From NCBI GenBank assembly GCA_002269645.1, contig NIVC01003872.1:1-64000 (forward strand): 64,000 nt of DNA, written 5' to 3'. This DNA is from Macrostomum lignano. Lineage: Eukaryota. The notes under the pieces are model-generated. The model searched no databases. It was not told the origin of the DNA and was given only the letters and a program-made list of their open reading frames with translations. Below, one piece after another: positions 19,601-31,657 of this stretch. A program made the position numbers and the translations under genes. Position 1 is the stretch's first letter; each line of letters opens with the position of its first letter.

Positions 19601-21097
19601 ACCGTGGATTGTCGGACTAAAGCACCGTGGATTGTCGGACTAAAGCACCGTGGATTGTCGGACTAAAGCACCGTGGATTGTCGGACTAAAGCACCGTGGA
19701 TTGTCGGACTAAAGCACCGTGGATTGTCGGACTAAAGCACCGTGGATTGTCGGACTAAAGCACCGTGGATTGTCGGACTAAAGCACCGTGGATTGTCGGA
19801 CTAAAGCACCGTGGATTGTCGGACTAAAGCACCGTGGATTGTCGGACTAAAGCACCGTGGATTGTCGGACTAAAGCACCGTGGATTGTCGGACTAAAGCA
19901 CCGTGGATTGTCGGACTAAAGCACCGTGGATTGTCGGACTAAAGCACCGTGGATTGTCGGACTAAAGCACCGTGGATTGTCGGACTAAAGCACCGTGGAT
20001 TGTCAGACTAAAGCACCGTGGATTGTCGGACTAAAGCACCGTGGATTGTCTGACTAAAGCACCGTGGATTGTCGGACTAAAGCACCGTGGATTGTCGGAC
20101 TAAAGCACCGTGGATTGTCGGACTAAAGCACCGTGGATTGTCGGACTAAAGCACCGTGGATTGTCGGACTAAAGCACCGTGGATTGTCGGACTAAAGCAC
20201 CGTGGATTGTCGGACTAAAGCACCGTGGATTGTCGGACTAAAGCACCGTGGATTGTCGGACTAAAGCACCGTGGATTGTCGGACTAAAGCACCGTGGATT
20301 GTCGGACTAAAGCACCGTGGATTGTCGGACTAAAGCACCGTGGATTGTCGGACTAAAGCACCGTGGATTGTCGGACTAAAGCACCGTGGATTGTCGGACT
20401 AAAGCACCGTGGATTGTCGGACTAAAGCACCGTGGATTGTCGGACTAAAGCACCGTGGATTGTCGGACTAAAGCACCGTGGATTGTCGGACTAAAGCACC
20501 GTGGATTGTCTGACTAAAGCACCGTGGATTGTCGGACTAAAGCACCGTGGATTGTCGGACTAAAGCACCGTGGATTGTCGGACTAAAGCACCGTGGATTG
20601 TCGGACTAAAGCACCGTGGATTGTCAGACTAAAGCACCGTGGATTGTCGGACTAAAGCACCGTGGATTGTCGGACTAAAGCACCGTGGATTGTCTGACTA
20701 AAGCACCGTGGATTGTCGGACTAAAGCACCGTGGATTGTCGGACTAAAGCACCGTGGATTGTCGGACTAAAGCACCGTGGATTGTCGGACTAAAGTACCG
20801 TGGATTGTCGGACTAAAGCACCGTGGATTGTCGGACTAAAGCACCGTGGATTGTCAGACTAAAGCACCGTGGAATGTCGGACTAAAGCACCGTGGATTGT
20901 CGGACTAAAGAGCCGCAGATTTCCAGTATCACAGAGCAGCTGCTCACCTGAATATTGGGCAGCCTAGACTTGCAGGTGAAGCAGATCTCGGTGGGGTCCA
21001 CATTATCGATATCCTTGGGCTGCTCGCAGCCGCAGCCGCCGCCGCAGGCGCCCAACTCGTGCAGCTGTTGTTGCTGAAGCGGTTTGCCAGACGACAT
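13632..21097 (-). CDS. TESK: TESK/LIMK-family (TKL group) protein kinase, TESK1/2 or Drosophila cdi-like, 517 aa
   Basis: Exons 21097-20948, 16494-15982 and 14522-13632, all phase 0 with GT..AG introns. Motifs KGFFSNVY, MALKMN, HPNVLRY, HRDIASKN, DFGLA, VGSPFWMAPE and PADPDFLPRLPDFG. The last motif resembles the PADPDYLPRTEDFG signature I recall for TESK/LIMK. Confidence 0.9.
14543..15272. repeat. 30-bp minisatellite, about 24 copies, TESK intron 2
   Basis: Unit CTCAATACTGYGTAATCACTCGTCTGGTCA. Confidence 0.97.
15340..15972. repeat. 29/32-bp minisatellite, TESK intron 2
   Basis: Unit AATGAGACCCATCTGGMACTCCAA(CAA)TCRAC. Confidence 0.95.
16580..20910. repeat. 23-bp minisatellite, about 188 copies, filling TESK intron 1
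   Basis: Unit ACTAAAGCACCGTGGATTGTCGG, nearly invariant over 4.3 kb. Confidence 0.98.
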
Positions 21098-21849
21098 GGC
21101 CTGGATAGTCGGCCAGCTGGAGAATCCGATGGCTGCTACTGCAACACACAGATGCGGGTTGAGTCAGTATGGCAGAGCAGAGAGCACAATAAGGGGGCCG
21201 GCTTGGCCAGTGTGCGTGTTTTTCTATGCTGGCGCCACTCACTGCGCTGTTGTGCCGCCCACACACGTGACTATGGGCTACACTTACAGGCAGCGAATGC
21301 CCCCCTGCCCCAGCGTGAGTCAGTGCGCGGCCAGCCAATGCCAGCCCGCATGCATTATTCACCGCCTTCGCCTCTAATGAATTCGACTTCATTAACTGCA
21401 GCCGCGAGCCCCGATCGAGGAGAAAACTTGCTGAATAATTAATGAGGCCAGCAGCCTGCGGCTTGAACACAGATAACAGTAATTAAACTACAGCTACACG
21501 GAATGAGACCGAGATGCGGGAAGGTGCACCGCTAAATTTGCACTTTTACTCGCAGCTGAGCCTGGTCCGCACGGCAATGAGAACTTTATTTCTAAACTGC
21601 AGAGCTCTGCTCAATTAGGCACAGCCGCACTTTTGAGTGCCGCACGGCTGACGTCAGCGTTGAAATGAAACAAGACTTTACAAGATTGAACGGGCGGGGA
21701 AGGGAGAATTCCCCAAGCGCCAAGAGAGGCCGGTCTCCCCTCTCTTGGCGAGGAAGGGAGAACATTTGGTTCCTAATGATGCGGAGGGGCAAAGGGGACA
21801 GACAGGGCAGAAAGGAGAAAGAGCAGAGGGGGAACAGAGGGGAAGGAGG

Positions 21850-23780
21850 GGACAAGGGGGACAGGGAATCAGAGGGGACAGAGGGGACAGGGGAGCAGAG
21901 GGGACAGGGGAGCAGAGGGGACAGGGGAGCAGAGGGGACAGGGGAGCAGAGGGGACAGGGGAGCAGAGGGGACAGGGGAGCAGAGGGGACAGGAAAGCAG
22001 AGGGGACAGGGGAGCAGAGGGGACAGGGGAGCAGAGGGGACAGGAAAGCAGAGGGGACAGGAAAGCAGAGGGGACAGGGGAGCAGAGGGGACAGGGGAGC
22101 AGAGGGGACAGGGGAGCAGAGGGGACAGGGGAGCAGAGGGGACAGGGGAGCAGAGAGGACAGGGGAGCAGAGGGGACAGGGGAGCAGAGAGGACAGGGGA
22201 GCAGAGAGGACAGGGGAGCAGAGGGGACAGGAAAGCAGAGGGGACAGGGGAGCAGAGGGACAGGGGAGCAGAGGGACAGGGGAGCAGAGGGGACAGGGGA
22301 GCAGAGGGGACAGGGGAGCAGAGGGGACAGGGGAGCAGAGGGGACAGGGGAGCAGAGAGGACAGGGGAGCAGAGAGGACAGGGGAGCAGAGGGGACAGGA
22401 AAGCAGAGGGGACAGGGGAGCAGAGGGGACAGGGGAGCAGAGGGGACAGGGGAGCAGAGGGGACAGGAAAGCAGAGGGGACAGGGGAGCAGAGGGACAGG
22501 GGAGCAGAGGGGACAGGGAGCAGAGGGGACAGGGGAGCAGAGGGGACAGGGGAGCAGAGGGGACAGGGGAGCAGAGGGACAGGGGAGCAGAGGGGACAGG
22601 GGAGCAGAGGGGACAGGGGAGCAGAGGGGACAGGGGAGCAGAGGGGACAGGGGAGCAGAGGGGACAGGGGAGCAGAGGGGACAGGGGAGCAGAGGGGACA
22701 GGGGAGCAGAGAGGACAGGGGAGCAGAGAGGACAGGGGAGCAGAGGGGACAGGAAAGCAGAGGGGACAGGGGAGCAGAGGGGACAGGGGAGCAGAGGGGA
22801 CAGGGGAGCAGAGGGGACAGGAAAGCAGAGGGGACAGGGGAGCAGAGAGGACAGGGGAGCAGAGGGGACAGGGGAGCAGAGGGGACAGGGGAGGAGAGGG
22901 GACAGGGGAGCAGAGAGGACAGGGGAGCAGAGAGGACAGGGGAGCAGAGGGACAGGGGAGCAGAGGGGACAGGGGAGCAGAGGGACAGGGGGGCAGGGAA
23001 TCAGAGGGGACAGGGGGGCAGGGAAGCAGAGGGGACAGGGGAGCAGAGGGGACAGGGGGCAGGGAATCAGAGGGGACAGGGGGGCAGGGAAGCAGAGGGG
23101 ACAGGGGAGCAGAGAGGACAGGGGAGCAGAGGGGACAGGGGAGCAGAGGGGACAGGGGAGCAGAGGGGACAGGAAAGCAGAGGGGACAGGGGAGCAGAGG
23201 GGACAGGGGAGCAGAGAGGACAGGGGAGCAGAGGGGACAGGGGAGCAGAGGGGACAGGGGAGCAGAGGGGACAGGGGAGCAGAGGGGACAGGGGGGCAGG
23301 GAATCAGAGGGGACAGGGGAGCAGAGAGGACAGGGGAGCAGAGGGGACAGGGGAGCAGAGGGGACAGGGGAGCAGAGGGGACAGGGGAGCAGAGGGGACA
23401 GGAAAGCAGAGAGGACAGGGGAGCAGAGGGGACAGGGGAGCAGAGGGACAGGGGAGCAGAGGGGACAGGGGGCAGGGAATCAGAGGGGACAGGGGGCAGG
23501 GAAGCAGAGGGGACAGGGGATCAGAGGGGACAGGGGGGCAGGGAATCAGAGGGGACAGGGGGGCAGGGAAGCAGAGGGGACAGGGGAGCAGAGGGGACAG
23601 GGGAGCAGAGGGGACAGGGGAGCAGAGGGGACAGGAAAGCAGAGGGGACAGGGGAGCAGAGGAGACAGGAAAGCAGAGGGGACAGAAGGAGACAGGGGAG
23701 CAGAGGGCAGGGGGACAGGGGAGCAGAGGGCAGGGGGACAGGGGGACAGGGGAGCAGGGCAGGGGGGCAGGGGGGACCAG
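21850..23780. repeat. 17-bp polypurine G-run minisatellite (GAGGGGACAGGGGAGCA), intergenic
   Basis: Over 100 units with variants; source of the 742-aa and 696-aa pseudo-ORFs. Confidence 0.96.
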
Positions 23781-24579
23781 GATACGAGAATGCAAAATTG
23801 CAGAGAAAAGCTGCAAGCAGAAAAAGCCCCGATAAGCAATCGAGAAGCCACAGAGGCGGCTGTCACGCGGGCAGCCAAGCCGCTATCAGATGAACGCAGC
23901 GGGTTTATCTGCCTAGCAACGGTACGGGTGAACTTCTAGGTTAAAAAAAAATGAACAGCCAAAGGCAGTGGAGTCAATCAAAAGCCACACAGGCCCCAGC
24001 AACGCTGGTACAGTTTAATTAGTGAATTCGGGAGCGAGTTGGCAGGGCATTTAACACAGCAGTAAAAATATGCAAATAAAAATGGGCACTTTAATTAGCA
24101 GGTGGGCAGTTGGACCATCAGATGGGAATGCCTGGCGACAATCTCAAGCTGCAGAGCTGCATCACGGAACAGCCGGGCACGCGGCGGAAAATGGGAAAAA
24201 ACAAAACTGATGGAGTGCCTGGCATTTGGTCTGAGCAGCACCAAGGAGGAAAATCTGTTGATTTGCAAAAAAGACGGACAGCAAAAGCAGAGCGCAAAAT
24301 AAGGCGAATCGGACTTACAGAAATTGAGCTTTAGGAATCATCTCAGTAACTTCAGGGCCAATATTAGACATCTCAGCGGCTGCGCTTGCGAAAACTCTGA
24401 GGACACTTGGCTCAAAAAAAGCACATTGGAGGCTCCGGGCCTTTTCGATGCTTAAGGGGGGCACTCAATTCACACTTCAGGCTAAAGCTAAAGCTTCAGG
24501 ATCATTAAGACAAACTTTAGGGCCTACGTGTACATTTAACCTAAGCTTCAGGGTACTCATCTGAAACTTTAGGGATAAC

Positions 24580-25058
24580 TCATTTGAAACTTCACGGTGA
24601 CTCATTTGAAACTTCAGGGGTGACTCATTTGAAACTTCAGGGGTAACTCATTTGAAACTTCACGGTTAACTCATTTGAAACTTCAGGGGTGACTCATTTG
24701 AAACTTCAGGGGTGACTCATTTGAAACTTCAGGGGTAACTCATTTGAAACTTCAGGGGTGACTCATTTGAAACTTCACGGTGACTCATTTGAAACTTCAG
24801 GGGTAACTCATTTGAAACTTCACGGTTAACTCATTTGAAACTTCAGGGGTGACTCATTTGAAACTTCAGGGTGACTTATTTGAAACTTCACGGTTAACTC
24901 ATTTGAAACTTCAGGGGTGACTCATTTGAAACTTCAGGGGTGACTCATTTGAAACTTCAGGAGTGACTCATTTGAAACTTCAGGGGTGACTCATTTGAAA
25001 CTTCAGGGGTGACTCATTTGAAACTTCAGGAGTGACTCATTTGAAACTTCAGGAGTCA
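24580..25058. repeat. 22/23-bp minisatellite (TGACTCATTTGAAACTTCAGGGG), about 21 copies
   Basis: Tandem units directly visible. Confidence 0.95.
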
Positions 25059-25761
25059 TTTCTCAAAAGCCTGAGGGGCAATTTATTTATAAATTGAGTA
25101 GACACTCAGGCAAAGCATCAGTCAGAACAAAAAGGCTAAAAGCAAAGCAGGCCGGTCCCCAAAAAGTGCTGGATTTTGAGCCTAAAAAGAGTCTTACACT
25201 TACGATTTTGCAACACAACACGTAAAAACTAAATAAAAAAGGTAAACACAGAATACAAAGAACTCAATTTGATAAAAAAGCCAGTGAGCGGTGAGCAGTG
25301 TGATGAAGGCGGCACGCGGGCCAGCCCAATAGCTTCAGGAATACATACAAAGGAATTCAACAAGCGCTGAGCAGGCTGCTGAGCACACGAGCTTAGGTAT
25401 GTACATGAGTGACAGTTGGCAGTAGGGCCGCAAAGGCAGCTGGAATGAGCGACATGACGGCAGTGCAGGTATGTACAGTTGGCGAGCAAGGCTCGGTAAA
25501 GTAAGACTCTTTGTTCGCTTCGCCTAGTCCGCTATTCTGATAGGTCAAAGGTGGAAGATTTCGGCTGGAATTCTTGCCGTGAGCTGTCAGGCAAGCGAGG
25601 CGAACAAAGAGTCTCCCTGTGGCCCGGCACGAACTCCCAGTTTGAGCAGTTCACAGTGCTCTGTGACCGAATATAGCAAGCAAACCAACGCAGCCACTCT
25701 CGAGAGGCTGCACATCAGTAAAACCCTAACTCAGAACGTCAATAGGACAGTCAGCAGCCGG

Positions 25762-28700
25762 TCAGCAGTGCGTGGCGGCCTGGTGCAGCTGGTAGGTGAG
25801 CGAGCTGAAGCCAGGCCTGTCCGCCCGCGCCTGGGCCCAGCAGGCCCGCATCAGAGCCCACACATTGTCTGGCGCTCTGTCCGGCCTGGGCAGCAGGCTG
25901 GGCGGCTCCTGCAGCTTCATGTCCCACACCTGCTCAACTGAGTAGCCGGTCCACGGCTGCTCGCCCATGCTGAACAGCTCCCACAGCAGCACGCCGAAGG
26001 CGTACACGTCCGACTCCGGGTAGAAGCGGCTCTCGCGCACGGTCTCGGGCGCCAGCCAGCGCACGGGCAAGCACTCCGACCCCGACACCACGTAGGCCGC
26101 CCGGTTGCCCAGCGGCAGTTTGCGGCACATGCCGAAGTCGGCCAGCCGGATATCGTAATCGGATGTGACCAGGATGTTGCGGCTGGCCAGGTCCCTGAAC
26201 ACCAGGCCCCGCTTGCTGATGTAGCTCAGCGCGTTCGCCACCTGCGAGCCCATGCGCAGCAGGTCGGCCAGCTGCAGCGGCCGCAGCTGCGACTCGCCCG
26301 GCGCTGCCGCCGAAGGCACCGTCGCAGCCTCGGCAGAAGTGCCGGCCACGGAGGTCGTGAGTTCGATAGCCTCGGAATTGGCGGCCGGGTCAGCTGTAGG
26401 CCGGCCGTTGGGAACGGCCGAGTGCTGCTCCGGCTGGCCGAACTTGCCTTTGGCCGAGTTGCGCAGCAGCGTCTGCAGATCGCCGAACTCGCAGTACTCC
26501 ACCAGCAGGCAGAACGGCCGCGTGCTGGCGCAGATGCCGAACACCTGCGAGGTGTTTTGCAGTGGAGATGAATGCTCACTCTTGGGTGGGATCAGCTTTA
26601 TGAGCATGGGACTTAATATTCCTGCATCATGTATATTTATCCCACTGCTCAGTTTCCCCTGCCCATCTCACTGCTCAGCCTCATCAATGCTCCATCTCAC
26701 TGCTCAGCCTCATCAATGCTCCATCTCACTGCTCAGCCTCATCAATGCTCCATCTCGCTGCTCAGCCTTATCTCATTGCTCAGCCTCATCAATACTCCAT
26801 CTCACTGCTCAGCCTCATCAATGCTCCATCTCACTGCTCAGCCTCATAAATACTCCATCTCACTGCTCAGCCTCATCAATACTCCATCTCACTGCTCAGC
26901 CTTATCTCATTGCTCAGCCTCATCAATACTCCATCTCACTGCTCAGCCTCATAAATACTCCATCTCACTGCTCAGCCTCATCAATGCTCCATCTCACTGC
27001 TCAGCCTCATCAATACTCCATCTCACTGCTCAGCCTTATCAATGCTCCATCTCACTGCTCAGCCTCATCAATGGGCCATCTCACTGCCCTTATCAATCAG
27101 TGCAGTTCGAATGCAGCAAGAACAGGAGTCAGGCAGAATAGCAGCAACTATTTGTCAGTGAGTATATTTACACAGCGCAATGCAAGAATAAGTATTGTGC
27201 AAGTTTATTTTCAGTCAGGACTGTGCAATAATAAATCTGCCTTGTGCAGCAACTGATGCAAATCTACTAAGGCTGCACTGTTTAAAACCTGCGGCTGTTT
27301 ACAGGGCGCACAAAAGAGCCGATGGCAGATGCCCTGACAAGCGCATAAACTGCGCAGGCCCCAAGCATCAACAAGAGGGTCAAGCCAGATCTATTTTTAG
27401 CACAGCACGCGTACTGAATTAAACACTGGAAACTGGTCAGGGGCACAGCACCGCACAGACTTGCATCCGCGTGCGAGAAACGGAAGTTCGATGTTTATGA
27501 GCGGCAAGAGATTGTGGCAAGCTATCTGAGGATGAGATATTCCATAGCAGAATGTGGGGATATTCTATGGCAGAATGTGGGGATATTCCATAGCAGAATG
27601 TGGGGATATTCCATAGCAGAATGTGGGGATATTCCATAGCAGAATGTGGGGATATTCCATAGCAGAATGTGGGGATATTCCATAGCAGAATGTGGGGATA
27701 TTCCATAGCAGAATGTGGGGATATTCCATAGCAGAATGTGGGGATATTCCATAGCAGAATGTGGGGATATTCCATAGCAGAATGTGGGGATATTCCATAG
27801 CAGAATGTGGGGATATTCCATAGCAGAATGTGGGGATATTCCATAGCAGAATGTGGGGATATTCCATCGCAGAATGTGGGGATATTCCATAGCAGAATGT
27901 GGGGATATTCCATAGCAGAATGTGGGGATATTCCATAGCAGAATGTGGGGATATTCCATAGCAGAATGTGGGGATATTCCATAGCAGAATGTGGGGATAT
28001 TCCATAGCAGAATGTGGGGATATTCCATAGCAGAATGTGGGGATATTCCATAGCAGAATGTGGGGATATTCCATAGCAGAATGTGGGGATATTCCATAGC
28101 AGAATGTGGGGATATTCCATAGCAGAATGTGGGGATATTCCATAGCAGAATGTGGGGATATTCCATAGCAGAATGTGGGGATATTCCATAGCAGAATGTG
28201 GGGATATTACATAGCAGAATGTGGGGATATTCCATAGCAGAATGTGGGGATATTCCATAGCAGAATGTGGGGATATTCCATAGCAGAATGTGGGGATATT
28301 CCATAGCAGAATGTGGGGATATTCCATAGCAGAATGTGGGGATATTCCATAGCAGAATGTGGGGATATTCCATAGCAGAATGTGGGGATATTCCATAGCA
28401 GAATGTGGGGATATTCCATAGCAGAATGTGGGGATATTCCATAGCAGAATGTGGGGATATTCCATACCAATGATGCTCCATCAGGACTGGGCATACAAAT
28501 GGCACACAGGCAGCGGGCCCTGAGCAAGCAGCAGCTCACCTGCATCACATATCGGTGCTCCATGCCCAGCAGCAGCTCAGCCTCGGAGAAGAATGACTCC
28601 ACAATCTGGTCATCGGCGGTCTCATCCAGCACTTTGAGCGCCACCAGCTTGGGCATATCGGGCCTGGCCTCCTTGTACTTGGTGGTCTCAACCAGGTGCA

Positions 28701-31622
28701 CGGTGAAAAATGCGCCCTTACCGATCATCTTGCCCAGATCGGCGAAGTCGTCGTGCGAGTAGGCTAGCCGCTCGAGTCTTCGAAGGTCGAAACGGAATGA
28801 GGATGCGTTCTCAGAGTTCTCAACATTGATTTTTAATATATTACTAATAAATTCGGCACATTTTAAACCACGGGTCAATAACAGCTGCTATATTCATGCA
28901 TTTCTACTGCAGGTTCAACTTCCAGTAGTGCAATATGAAAATTGCCAGTAAAACAAATGGAAACTGAGTGGCTTTTTAGGGCGTCTAAACAGAGCCAAAA
29001 GCCTTAAATGGACAGTTTCTAGGAAACAGTCGCACAAGAGCCGGCTAAAAATAAACCCATTGCACATGCCTAATTTGAAGCCTGTTTTTTAATTCCCAGA
29101 GAGTAATAAGAGGCAGATAAAATGCAGAAGCTTGGCTCGCTGCCAAATTAAGTCAGGAGGGGGGAATCTCGGGGAAGGCTCAAGCAGGGACCACCCGCGA
29201 TGAGCTGCTCTGAGTCCGCTGTGTGCACTGAGATAAGCGCTATCAGAGCGGCCCCAGGGTCTCTTCCAAGAGCAGCAGAAGCCCCTAGCGGTTAGTTACA
29301 AGCCATGTCTCCGAGCAAAACCGCGCCCAAAATCAGTGCACCCAGTTCCTTGAGGATTTTTATACGCAAACTGCAAAGTGCTCCCCTGGGGCAGGTAACT
29401 TTTGAAGGTCGGTTCGGTTCGCAGGCTTGAAGACTTGCTACTCAGCTCGTACTGCAGAATAAAATGCATCTTTTAGCTTTTTAACTCAGTCCCATCGTTT
29501 TCAACACCTTCAGCTTATTGTGAGCTCCGTGTCTCGTGTGCAATCGGGGGAATTCTAAGGGCCTCAGAGACGCAAGCATGTTGCGCAGTTCATGAAATCG
29601 CTTCTTCAGAAAGCCAGCATCAACCAACTTCAGTTATTAGCAAGATTAAAAATGCAAACATGAGATTGGGTCTTCAAGTTTTCCTATTCGAATTCTACAA
29701 AGTTTATCTTTGACTCCCATCAATGAAGAACCCCACACTGACACAGCTGCACTCATTTCCATAAGCAGGCTAGAATCCAATTCGCTCCGTATCCAAGCAG
29801 GCTGAGCAGCGGCTGAAGTGGCCTCGCTTATGCCCCCCCCCCCTGCTCAAAGTGCTAATAAGCCAGCGAACTCTGGGGCTGCCTGACTGCGCTGCACTGC
29901 TACCGGCCTCACTTCATCACTTTACTCGAGCCCAGCCTCCTACAGCCCGTGCACCTGGCTCTGCTTCATCAAAGCCTCTCTGACCTCAGCGCTATTATCT
30001 GCAGCTCTCATTGTCATCATTGCAAAGCTAATTTTTTCTCTCTTCAATTCTAAAATGCGTTGACCCGCAAAGAATTGCAAAGCGGCTCACATTGCAGCTG
30101 GCGGCTGCGCCAGGCATTTCAGTCAGATTTCAGCTGTGCGACTGAGCACTGCTCATGCCAACTCAGCTGATCACCAGCTGCTGTGTCTGACCTCTCAGCC
30201 AGCCCTATCCCCTGTCTAACCCACCCTATCCTCTTGTCTAACCCACCCTATCCTCTTGTCTAACCCACCCTATCCTCTTGTCTAACCCACCCTATCCTCT
30301 TGTCTAACCCACCCTATCCCCTGTCTAACCCACCCTATCCTCTTGTCTAACCCACCCTATCCTCTTGTCTAACCCACCCTATCCTCTTGTCTAACCCACC
30401 CTATCCCCTGTCTAACCCACCCTATCCCCTGTCTAACCCACCCTATCCTCTTGTCTAACCCACCCTATCTACCATGTCTAACCCACCCTATCCTCTTGTC
30501 TAACCCACCCTATCCTCTTGTCTAACCCACCCTATCCTCTTGTCTAACCCACCCTATCCCCTTGTCTAACCCACCCTATCTACCATGTCTAACCCACCCT
30601 ATCTACCATGTCTACCCACCCTATCTACCATGTCTAACCCACCCTATCCCCTTGTCTAACCCACCCTATCCCCTTGTCTAACCCACCCTATCTACCATGT
30701 CTAACCCACCCTATCTACCATGTCTAACCCACCCTATCTACCATGTCTACCCACCCTATCTACCATGTCTAACCCACCCTATCTACCATGTCTACCCACC
30801 CTATCTACCATGTCTAACCCACCCTATCTACCATGTCTAACCCACCCTATCCCCTTGTCTAACCCACCCTATCTACCATGTCTAACCCACCCTATCCCCT
30901 TGTCTAACCCACCCTATCTACCATGTCTAACCCATCCTATCTACCATGTCTAACCCACCCTATCCCCTTGTCTAACTCACTCTTTCCCTCTTGTCTAACC
31001 ACACTATGCCCTTGTCTAAGACCTAGAATTTCACGGCGGGCAGAGTGAGAGCTGCCCACCCGCAGTCCAATACTAGTCTCTTAGAAGTCCATGACGGGCA
31101 CAATTCAGCTCCGGGGCTTGTGACCCACCTTGAGGCGACAAGTGCATTCTTTTCTAGGAAAGGAGCGAGGTTCCCAGAGTTGGAGTGCCTGGAGTGCCAG
31201 CCCGAGAATCTGCGCACCAATCAGCCGTCAGATTTCCTAGAAAGGCTGCAGATCCAACAGGCCCAGAAATACCGCAGCAGCTTTTGTTCATTCCGCCCTG
31301 CATAGAGTATTAGAATGTCAGTCTGCCCTGTATAGAGTATTAGAATTAATGTCCGATTGCCCTGCAGAGCCATTCCACAGCACTCACTTCGGGTAGGTTT
31401 TGGCCAGGTGGGTCTTCTGTCCGAATTTCACGTTGCGCTGGATGATCATGTTGGGGTCGCCCGGGTCGCCTGACAGCAGCTGGTGGCTCTGGGCCAGGCT
31501 GACCGACTCCTCACACTGGTCCTGCGGGGTGGGACTGGCTGCTGAGGACTGGCTACCTGAATGGCAGACAGGCAGACAGACAAGCAGAGAGACAGACGAC
31601 AGACAGAAAGACAAACAGACAC

Positions 31623-31657
<35 letters not shown>

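Noticed and set aside
21665-23893. 742-aa and 696-aa Gly/Arg/Glu-rich ORFs resembling collagen or RGG proteins
   Set aside because: The T-poor 17-bp repeat cannot form stop codons, so these are artefacts.
30195-31020. CTAACCC-containing repeat as an interstitial telomere
   Set aside because: The unit is 21-23 bp with one TAACCC and has no (TTAGGG)n run.
31023-31290. Possible extra RTK exon with an acceptor-like site near 31280
   Set aside because: All three frames from that acceptor hit stops, and the RTK model is phase-complete without it.
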